Below are positions 1-11,837 of a stretch of 64,000 bases of DNA, piece by piece. This DNA comes from Octopus bimaculoides. Taxonomy: Eukaryota. The stretch is from positions 44,471,177 through 44,535,176 of the forward strand of contig NC_068984.1 in NCBI RefSeq assembly GCF_001194135.2, read 5' to 3'. A model generated the notes under the pieces. The model saw only the letters and a program-made list of their open reading frames with translations. It ran no database searches and was not told the DNA's origin. The translations under genes and the position numbers were made by a program. The first letter of the stretch is position 1. Every line of letters begins with the position of its first letter.

Positions 1-350
1 ACTAGCCATTCTTCTATCCCAAGTTTCCTCATTGACCACCAGATAAGGGATCGGGGGACCCTGTCAAAGGCTTTCTCCATGTCAACGAAAGCCAGGTACA
101 GAGGTTTATCCTTGGCTAGGTATTTCTCTTGCAACTGCCTCACTAGAAATAAGGCATCAGTAGTGCTTTTACCTGGCACGAACCCAAACTGCATCTCATC
201 TAAATTGATTCGCTCCCTAATTAGTTGGGCTATGACCCTCTCTGTAACTTTCATAACCTGATCTAACAGCTTGATGCCTCTGTAATTATTTGTATCTAAA
301 GCGTCCCCTTTACCTTTGTAGCAGTTGACTATGATGCTGCTACACCAGTC
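1..350 (-). mobile_element. RTE-clade LINE fragment, reverse transcriptase N-terminal part
   Basis: Minus-strand translation DWCSSIIVNCYKGKGDALDTNNYRGIKLLDQVMKV...QFGFVPGKSTTDA...FVDMEKAFDRVPR. Confidence 0.92.
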
Positions 351-1184
351 ATAAATGATTAAAATAATTAACAAAATGATGAATAGTAGGATCTATATGA
401 ACAATAAAATTACCAACAAAATGACTGACAGAATGAACAACAGAATGATCAACAGAATAATCAACAACAAAGTGACCGACAAAATTATCAGTGGCATGAT
501 CAATTAAATAAAAATCCATATATCAAATAAGAAACAGAAATACAGGTACATAAACACATCTATATCACACTACCTGATAAAAATATACAGATAAAGCTAT
601 GTGGAAAAGGTTCGGAAGAACCAGCATCATTATAGTGAGTTCAAACTGTCCTGTTTCTGGCTCTGTATGTTTCAGTTAAGTTATGTTGTTGGAAATGTAC
701 TCGATCTTCTTTGAATATTATCTATATTGCCAATACTAACAAATAAGTAATATCCCTCTTAGCCACATATATTCTAATGATCTCTATTTCTTGAACTGCT
801 AAGTTATAGAACATCAAGGAATACAATCAGTGAAACATAAGCTTACACACAAACATATATGTGATGAGCTTTTATACAGTTTTCATCTACTACAGTCCAC
901 ACACAAGGTACTGGCCAACCTAAGGCTACAGTAATATTGAACCTGGAACCAAGCAGTTGCAAATCAAAAATTCTTGACTACACACATACCCATGTCTGCG
1001 CCTCTTTATACTTATAATTTTACACACAACATTTCTCAGCTTCAAAATCAAATTGTTGACGAAAGAAGCTGAGAAATATTTCCTAACTAAAATTTTTAAA
1101 AAACCTGAATCAATGAGAGAGTTTTACAAAAGTGTTTCACATACTATTCAAGTGTACTTTTATTTCTTAGAGAACTATACTTAC

Positions 1185-1265
1185 TGGAGTTGGTGTTTTT
1201 TGTGAACACCAGCTATAACAGTACATTTCCTCAGGCTTCAAAACCAAGTTTTCTGTGGTTCCAGT
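1185..1265 (-). CDS. VPS13B: VPS13B window exon 32/32 (81 nt, phase 0 to 0)
   Basis: gtttcag acceptor, GTAAGT donor; TGTTENLVLKPEEMYCYSWCSQK. Confidence 0.9.
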
Positions 1266-3150
1266 CTGAAACAGGTGAAAAATAATACATGTATATAGAT
1301 ATAGATGTGTATATATACACACATGCATACATGGATAAATGGATGGGTAAGAAGACATACAGGCAATGATACAGGTATATCTATCTATCTATCTATCTTA
1401 AGAAGAAAAAATTCTACATAGTATTGTCCCCTCTATACTGAGACCTGTGTGTCTAATAAAAGAAATGTATCTATCTATCTATCTATATATCTATCTATAT
1501 ATATATATNNNNNNNNNNNNNNNNNNNNNNNNNNNNNNNNNNNNNNNNNNNNNNNNNNNNNNNNNNNNNNNNNNNNNNNNNNNNNNNNNNNNNNNNNNNN
1601 NNNNNNNNNNNNNNNNNNNNNNNNNNNNNNNNNNNNNNNNNNNNNNNNNNNNNNNNNNNNNNNNNNNNNNNNNNNNNNNNNNNNNNNNNNNNNNNNNNNN
1701 NNNNNNNNNNNNNNNNNNNNNNNNNNNNNNNNNNNNNNNNNNNNNNNNNNNNNNNNNNNNNNNNNNNNNNNNNNNNNNNNNNNNNNNNNNNNNNNNNNNN
1801 NNNNNNNNNNNNNNNNNNNNNNNNNNNNNNNNNNNNNNNNNNNNNNNNNNNNNNNNNNNNNNNNNNNNNNNNNNNNNNNNNNNNNNNNNNNNNNNNNNNN
1901 NNNNNNNNNNNNNNNNNNNNNNNNNNNNNNNNNNNNNNNNNNNNNNNNNNNNNNNNNNNNNNNNNNNNNNNNNNNNNNNNNNNNNNNNNNNNNNNNNNNN
2001 NNNNNNNNNNNNNNNNNNNNNNNNNNNNNNNNNNNNNNNNNNNNNNNNNNNNNNNNNNNATATATATATATATATATATATAGGATAAAATCTTTTAAAA
2101 ATTTATCAAGTAGTTAGCCTGAACAAACTTCATAAGGGAAAAATTTATTAATTATTCCCTAGTCTCTCCTAGCGTGAGGCATCTATGTATAGTAATGCCC
2201 TTAATATAAATAAATACATAAGCAGGCTCCAATCTGATTATATTTATATTTTCTACTAATTTTCTGCTACGCTCCAGCTCCTCTTCATCATCTTTACTTT
2301 TGTCTCCCTTTCCTACATTCTTTCACCTATCCTCACCCAACCATATTCACCCATATAACTAGACCTCCTCTACTCACTAATTCATAACACAACTCTGTCC
2401 TTTTCCCTGCAACACTGTCTTCTCTTATGCTCTACACTGTCAATGTTTCATAACAATAAATCTCTTCCTCTCGCCATACTTTAACACCTCTCAACACCTA
2501 TCCAAAAGTAATCTTCCACTCTCCAATTCTACTTCACAGTCATAGAGACATTTAGTTTTGCAACTTACAAGGTAGACTCACTACTTCTTGGTGCTACAAT
2601 GAAATGCACCTTCTCATCTCCAAGCATAAAGTTTCACTCTCATAATTTGTAGTTTTGCAAGCTGTATGATGGCCTCACTAGTGCAGGTGGCACAAGAAGG
2701 CATCCAGCATCCATCATCATCATCATCACCATTTAATGTCTATTTTCTATGCTGGCATGGATCGGACGGTTTGATAGGAGCTGACCAGCTGAAGGGCTGT
2801 TCAGGCTCCCTGTGTGTTTTGAAATGGTTTCTATGGTTGAATGCCCTTCCAAATGCCAACCACTTTACAGAGTGTACTGGGTGCTTTTACGCAGCACTGG
2901 CATGGATGCTTTTTACATGGCACCAGCACCTACAAGCCTGTGAGATTAGGGATGCTCAGCTGGAGAGGGTTTCAGGGTACGAGGCTGTATGCAAGGATAA
3001 CCAGCACATGCTATAAAGTGGTTGGCCTTATGAAGGAATTCCAACTGTAAAAACAATGCCAAAACACACACTGCAGCACAATGCAGTCCTTGAGACTGGT
3101 GAATCCTGTCAAACTGTCCAACCCATACCAGCATGGAACATGGACGTCAA

Positions 3151-3204
<54 letters not shown>

Positions 3205-5801
3205 ATATATATATATATATTCATTTAAAATATAGAGATGCCTATAATAGGACATCTAACTCGCTAGAAAGAGCAGCAAAAAACTCTATACCACAAAAAT
3301 AGGGATAATTTCGAAAGAGAATGAAAAATAAAAACATTTTTACCAGTCTATACTCTGTACCATGGTTTCAAGCTCTTTAGCAAGATAAAAATATATCTAA
3401 CTCGGGAGCTTTCGTCAGCAGAGTTCCGGATTAGTGTGTTTACACGAAAGCTCCCGAGTTAGATATATTTTTATCTTGCTAAAGAGCTTGAAACCATGGT
3501 ACAGAGTATAGACTGGTAAAAATGATTTTATTTTTCATTCTCTTTCGAAATTATCCCTATTTTTGTGGTATAGAGTTTTTTGCTGCTCTTTCTAGCGGGT
3601 TAGATGTCCTATTATAGGCATCTCTATATTTTAAATGAATAATATATATGTAGTCTATTGACTAATTTTTTATTCTCGCTAGACCACTGGTGGTAAATTA
3701 AATTTCTAAAATTTCTTTTGCTGCCCTATGATTAATAATGATATTATATATAATATCATGTAGAATGAAATCTGTCGATAATGCACTCAATTGCACATAT
3801 TGTCTGCATACAACTGGTCAGGTAATGCTTGCTGAATGATTTAAGCTATACACCAGTTAGGTGGTCAGTTTTCATTGATCAAGGTAGGATACATGGTTAA
3901 ATACATGACAATTCAGAAATATTACTGCCAGGACCACTACGGTCTAAGGGAAATCATCTGGTCCAACCTGTAGTTATCAAGGGGAAACTACTTTGCAACA
4001 CTTGTTATATGAGATAGGTTTAGACTTGAGCTGCATTTTTCTGGTATGAGGAATTTCATCTCTTGATAGCAATTAGACAACACCTCTGATCACTGGTTAA
4101 ATGATATCAAGAAATTATAGGCTAGGTAAATCCAATTTCATGATTTAATGATGAAGATAGACAAGGAAAACGTCCTCGTGGAGCCCCCTTGAGGGGGTAC
4201 AAGGACCAACTCAAATCAACCTTGAAAAGCACCAACATCGACCCCAAACACTGGGAGGATATCTCGGCAAACAGACCCCTCTGGAGACACACCATCAAAA
4301 CGGGTTCAGCTGACTTCGAGAAAGCCCGAGTCGCAGGAGCTGAACTCAAGAGACGGGAGAGAAAGCAGTGCCTTCTCCTTCCCAAACCAACCCCTTCTAT
4401 CCCTTGTCCACAATGTCCCCGTATGTTTCATGCAACCCTTGGATTGCGGAGCCATCTGCGGTTCAAACACCCAGGAAAATGAACTGGATTGCAAGCTCGG
4501 AAACACGAGACGCAGCCAACTAGACAAGGACAGCTATGTAAAGAAGTATCAATCATTAAGCATGGAAGGAGCTTGTGGAAGAGGAAGACCTAGGACAAAG
4601 TAGTAAAGATTGATGTTAAGATGTTGAGCCTCTTGTGGGAGATGACAGAGAATTGAGAGGAATGGTGAATACCTTGTGCTTAAGAAGACCCATCCATCTT
4701 AGCAGAATTGAGGTTCTGTCAAGTCTTCCCACAACTCAACTTTTAACACCTATTCCTCCATAAATCTTCTGAGTTCATTTTTTCCTTTCTTCACTTGCCT
4801 TCCAATAAAACAATATTCTATTCTCTCTGTCCAACTCATTTTCTATCCCTACTCATCTGTCACACTTTCCCACTCACTGCACTTACCTACACATCCATCT
4901 TCTCCACTCTTCTATCCTATTCTGTCTGACATATTCACCTAGTACACTGACCTCACATTTCTCTCTCTCTCTCTCCCTCATTCTCTCTTCTGATGGGCAA
5001 GCCATGTTTTCAGCAAAACACCATCTGTTTTTCTATCTTAGTTTCATATCCCTCAATTCTATACCCAACTCAGTTGATGGGTCGCATCTTCCAGGTACTA
5101 GGTGACCTCACCAGTGTTGGTGACATGTAAAAACACACCCAGTTCACTTTGTGAAGATTGTTGGTGCTAGGAAGGGCGTCCAGCTATAGCAACCATGCCA
5201 AAGCAAACAGAACATGGTGAAGCCCACTGGCTTGTCCACGCTGAGCCATCCAACCCAAGACAGCATGAGAAAAGGGATGCTAAATGATGATGGAGGTGGT
5301 AATGATATATGTGTGTGTGTGCCTGAGGCTCACTGTTATGCATTATCGCTATGCCATCAACAACAATCAGCAAAAATCATATCTACTTAAATTTTGAATT
5401 AATTACACGGCCTAGGTCTGTAGCTTTCACTTAACGATCAGAACAGATCATGATCTTTATAAAGCAATTTCACCTGCAGCCAAACTAGTCTAGTACATCT
5501 GGTGCACTAAATATTTTGATTCAATATGTAGTGTTTTGTATATTCTGCTTTTAGAGTTTTTTTTTCTTGTTTGCTTTAAATGTAGGCAACAAGTTAAGAA
5601 CCTGGGACAGAGATGTGAGAAAAGAGAATACAAGAACATAAGAATTGGAAACTTACCTGGCCAAAACATATCATACTATAGGTATCATTACAAATGATAT
5701 AATGACTGAAAACAACTTTATTACAGGAACTTGAGAGGACTGCTGGTTTCTAAAGTAAAAAAAATAATTAGTTTTAAGAATTATAATTGAAGACAGTTTA
5801 A

Positions 5802-5863
<62 letters not shown>

Positions 5864-5928
5864 NNNNNNNNNNNNNNNNNNNNNNNNNNNNNNNNNNNNN
5901 NNNNNNNNNNNNNNNNNNNNNNNNNNNN

Positions 5929-5987
<59 letters not shown>

Positions 5988-8900
5988 TACATAATCATAT
6001 AGCAAAATTGAAAAAATTGAAGTAATATCAGTGATAGATAGCAGGTACATACTATGAACTGTTTCCAGACTTCTGTGGTACAATGTAGAGTGTGTACAGC
6101 CCCTTTTCCAACACGAACCATCAAGTTATCAACACTACAGTCAACACTGATGAGCTGACACTGTGAAAGAAGAAATTCCATAAGAAATAGGTAAAGTTTA
6201 GAAACGTTACTAGAACAGAAGAGATGCAGGGGAAGAGGAAGAATTTTATTTTATAAACCTAAATATTTACAATGATGAAAAAAATGTTGAAAATTATGAT
6301 AAAACCAAAAACAAAGCATCAAAGAATAGATTAAGAAATGGAACAAAGATAGAAATAAAAGAGGAAGTAGACAGAAACAAAGGTTCAATTTACTTTATTA
6401 TTTATATAAGAGAGAAGTGCAACGGAAAAGGGAATTAATTGAAAATTGTTTAAATTTTTATATATAATAAAATATGATAATGGTTGTGAAATAATCACTG
6501 ATTGTCAGTGTCATTTTGATAGTTCTATACTGTGATATATCATGGCAATACTGATCCCAAATCAAACTCCTATAACAAGGTAGTATTCATACTAATTCAC
6601 TCTATGATACTATGACATAACCGTTAATAAGTTACTGTGATATACAATGGCATGGTTGTATTTTTCTTTTTTTTTTTGCTTCATCTGGAATCTGGAACAA
6701 GGTGCTATGCCCAAGGCTCTAACAGATTCTTTACTGAGATCGATACTTTAACATTTTTGTCCAACAGTTGCAAGCTGATGGCAGCAGGAAAAACATGCAG
6801 AGGATAGAGGAGGCATTCCAAGAGGCTGACATTTGGAGAAGCAAAGACTAAGTGTAATGAACTAGTGCAAAATTTGGGAAAGGAGGATAATATGGATGAT
6901 GAGATGAGACAAAAGTGTCTGCATGGAGTTGGTATAGGTCCACTCAGTTTCAAGGAGCAGACGTCATAATAGTAGTGATACAAAAGGAAAGAGAGCAGAG
7001 ACACTACATCTAATTAGTCAAGAAACTTTTCACTGGATGCAGTATAAAATGTGTGTGTGAGAGAGAGGGGGGGAGAGTATAACAATAACAATATCCCAGA
7101 TGTGAGTGTACTATTTTGTAGGTCTCCTGAGAGCTTTGTTGTTGGAATGGATGTAGTATATTTCTGGCTTCAAAAAGGAAGGCTTTTCTTTGTTGCACAG
7201 TTACTGCTGTTAAGGCTGTGCATCCACTAAGAGAGATCTTCAGTGATGGTGAGACCTAGCATTTGAAGTGATTATGAGAATCCTAGTTACTCAACATCCA
7301 TACACAGGACAAGGTGAGCTCTAATAGTGTTTCCTTGAGATGAGAATGTTTGATGTCACTGGGCTGTTAAAGGAGGCATAATTGCAATGACCCTATCAGA
7401 GGATGTTTTTGAAGTCAATGCAAAGTCTCTTGGTTGCATATGAAAGATGCACGGATGCAGAAGATTACAGAAGAGTGAAAGGTGATATCTATATAGGAGT
7501 GAGCATAGTTGCATGTGATAGCAAGTAGTTTACTAAGATGTTATGCTATATAACTGCACTACTGATACTAAGACACCATATCATCATCAGCATTTAACAT
7601 TCACTTTCCATGCTGGCATGAGTTGGATGGTTTGACATGGAGCTGGCTAGCAAGGTGCTGTCCAGGCTCCAGCTGTCTGTTGAGGCTTGGTTTCCACAGC
7701 TGGATGCCCTTCCTAATGCCAACCACTTAAGAGAGTATGCCAGGTGTTTTAATGCAGTACTAGTACAGCTGCTTTATAAGTGGCACCAGCACCATGCTCT
7801 GCTAGTATTGTGACTAAAATATAATACCGTACTTTTGATGTCCATATTCTTACTAAGACACTCTTACTATAAGACACTATAGTAATACTCTAAGACACTA
7901 TATCATAACACGGTAATATTATAACTAAAACACTATGCCATATTATGGCAGTACTATAATATCCTAATATCATACTACAGCCATACTGTTTCAGAGATAT
8001 TATATCATAGTATAACTATACTATTACAAGGACAATATTATACTATAAGATGACAATATTATTACTTAGTTACAATATGTAATATGACAGTACTGCAAGA
8101 CAAAGAAGGTGTTTCTACCTAGTCATTCACCCTGCTACAACTAAGATCCAAATCACCTTCAAATTACACCCCTACTACCTTAAATAAGGAAAAGATATAT
8201 AGGATACTGCAGTCAGAGAGAGCCCAAAGTAGATGGGATGATCACCAATATCATGCTTTGATCAAGCCATTTGTATCAGCATTGTCACTAAGATACTACA
8301 CCATAACACCACAATTGCTAAGTTACTCATTCAACAGTACATTGTAAATCCATCATAGATATATTAAAGACTTACCTCACCATCAGGTATTATAGTTACT
8401 TCCCCTTGTAAGCTGAACGGTTTCACCACAGTCTGCTGAGTGAGGTAGCGGAATTCTACAATATCCAGCTGGCAGGCACAAGAGAACTGAAACAATAGTC
8501 AATTACATGATTACATAAATTCACAGTAATACACAAGGTGTGTGTGTGCGTGTGTGTGTGCGTGCACACGAGTGAGTGCATATATTTTAAAATGCCTTAA
8601 CTGAGGAAGGTTTGGGTAACAGATGAGTTTCCTATTATCAACATCATCATCGTCGTTTAACGTCTGCTTTCCATGCCAGCATGGGTTGGACGGTTTGACT
8701 GAGGTCTGGAAAGCCAGAGGTTGCACCAGGCTCCAAGCTGATCAGGCAATGTTTCTACAGCTGGATGCCCTTCCTAATGCCAACCACTCCGAGAGTATAG
8801 TGGGTGCTTTTTTTGTGTGCCACTGGCACGAGAGCTAGTCAGGTGGCCCTGGCATCGATCACATTTGGATAGTGCCTTTTATGTGTCACCGGCATGGGAG

Positions 8901-10552
8901 CCAGTCAGGCAGACCTGGCATCACCCATGTTCGGATGGTGCTTTTTATGTGCCACCGGCAAGGAAGCTAGTCAGGGGGCACTGGTATTGACTATATTTGG
9001 ATGGTGCATTTTACATGCCACCAGCAGAGGAGCCAATCAGGTGGGCACTGGCATCGAACACGTTCAGATGGTGCATTTTATGTGCTACTGGCATGGAAGC
9101 CAGCCAGGCGGCACTGGCCACAGCTACAATATTGGTTTTACTTGACTGAACAGGTCTTCTCAAGCATATCATATCGCCTGACACATCAAGCATACTTTTA
9201 AACAGGCCAGACATGTAACACCTGCATTGGCCATGGCTTTGATCTCACTTTACTTACCAGGTTTCTCAATCACAACATATCTCTAGTGGTCTCGGTCTCC
9301 TGTCACTGCCTCAGTGAGGCTCAACATTCAAAAGTCAACCTATTGATCTGCAACACCAACTTTAGAAAGCCAGCCACCTGATAACCTATCAATCAGGTGA
9401 CTCTGCAGGCCAGATTGATTTCATTCTCACCAGACAGCAGGATGCATAGTTGCTCTTAAATACAAAGACCCTCATATGTCTTCCTGGGTCTACCTCTTCC
9501 ACAGGTTCCTTCCACAGTTAGGATGTGACACTTCCTCACACAGCTGTCCACATCCATACATAACACATGGCCACACCAGTGCAGTCGTCTCTCTTGCACA
9601 CCATATTTGATGCTTCTTATGTCCAACTTTTCTCTCAGGGTGCTCACACTGTCGTGTGTGCACATTGACGTTACACCTCCAGCAGATCATACTAGCTTCG
9701 TTTCTTTCAAGCTTACACATGTTCTCAGCAGTCATGGCCCATGTTTCACTGCCATGTAGCATGGCAGTTCGCACACATGCATCATAGTCTACTTTTCATG
9801 TACAACTATCATATGTCACAAGGAGGCACAAAGAAACACACATGCACACACACACACACACACACACTCACACACACAGAAGGACTTATATACACTGTAC
9901 TTTTTAAAGTTTCTGTCCACCAAATCCACTGACTTTAGCCCTGGGGCTCAAGTAGAAGATATCTGCCCAAGGTACCACAGAGCAGGATTGCTGCCATGTT
10001 GTTCAAAAGTGAACTACTTTTCATGGTGGCTAAAATGAATACCAGTTGAGTACTAGGGGTCTGATGCTTTCAACTGTGTTCTCTTCCAAAATGCGTCTCT
10101 TTCTACTTCTGTTAGAATAAATATAAACTTCAAACTATAAAAACTTCTCTAAAATGTAAGAATATAAAAGTTCTGTTTAATTCATTCTAAGGTGTGCATT
10201 TTTGGATGACCTTACCTGCAATGATGTTTTTGTAGTATGTCCACCAGAGTAGGATCCCATAACAGCTGGCGATTCCAATATTAGCACACCCCATTCTTGG
10301 TCTGATGGGTCATTATCTTGGAAGGTAAATGGCTTAAGTTTCTCTGGTACATCTATATGAAAAGAAAACAAAGATCAACAGGTCAAAACATATCTGAAAT
10401 AATAAAAAATATTATAAATAACCCAGCTTAAACCTGAATTAACTTTCATAATCTACACACATCACAATGACATACCAAAACATTTAATGATATGGTGAAT
10501 GATTATGATGAACAATCAAGTTCAGCAAATAAGATAATTATAAAATGATTAC

Positions 10553-10588
<36 letters not shown>

Positions 10589-11774
10589 CTACATATCTGC
10601 TTCTATTGCACAATTTGAATTATATTCTTCGAATGCAGTACTTTTGCGAACCAGTGCACAGTTTATTCATTATCTTTATATATAATCAGACTAGCTGATT
10701 CAATTTTGTTTTCGAAGTGACACTAAGAACCAAAATATGTATTTGTTGCTCTTGCAATCACTTCTATGGTGATATTTTTTCCCACCTAGCTCTGATGTAT
10801 GCTGTGTCCTTTTTTTTTTTTAAACACAATACATCTTTAAAGGGATTTTTCCTAAACAAAAACCACAGCCCCTGGCTTTTCAACTACATTAAATATGTTA
10901 TATTTATAAAATTCTATATTTTAACAGGTTTATAACAAACAATAATATAACAAATAACAATATATGTTACAAGAAATAAATAAATCTAAAAAGAAAGCAT
11001 GTAACTATTCTTGCATTATTGATTACACTACAGAGCATCTCTTAATGTCTCTACTCAAATTAGGCACAATAAATGAGATTTTCTGCTATTTTAACTGTAT
11101 TATTTTATCTCAGCAAGACCCATCCAACCCACGCCAGCATGGACAACGCATATTAAATGATGATGATGATGATGACGGTGATGATGACGACGACAACCCA
11201 TCAGCTACTACAGCTAGCAGAATAGGCTTTTTCTACAGTAAAAATTTAGCTGTTAATTTATAATTCAAAATATTACTTTACAAAAAGCAAATGTGAATAA
11301 ATTAAGTTAATCATTCGAATACATTTTTACTATCAACAATTTAGGCACATAGTATGTTTGGTGCAGGTGTGACTGTGTGGTCAAGAAGTTTGCTTCCTAA
11401 CTGCATGGTTAATTATCAGTCATTAAGTTATAAAGATGAAGCTATGAAATTTCAAGTCATAACCACCTTTTATGCTCTGCAGTTTATCTCAATGCCTGAT
11501 GATATTTATTTCAATAAAGAATGATAAACTCTACCAAAGTTAACTTTGACTTTGATCTTTTTGAGGTGGTTAAAAATAAAGCACCAGCCAATATTTCTTA
11601 CTAAGGTCAGGCTGTGTGGTAAGTAGCTTGCTTACCAACCACATGGTTCCAGGTTCAGTCCCACTGCATGGCATCTTGGACAAGTGACTTCTACTATAGC
11701 CTCGGGCCGACCAAAGCCTTGTGAGTGGATCTGGTTGACGGAAACCGAAAGAAGCCCGTCGTATATATGTATAA

Positions 11775-11837
<63 letters not shown>

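Noticed and set aside
1447-2117. Long ORFs in the track spanning N-runs (also 5671-6181, 23326-23852, 45539-46172 minus strand)
   Set aside because: Artefacts of gaps and dinucleotide repeats; only the embedded VPS13B exons and the piggyBac plus frame are real.
3405-3455. CTGACGA and GAAA motifs near the foldback loop suggesting a hammerhead ribozyme or Penelope element
   Set aside because: The motifs are not in the required order with a stem II on either strand.
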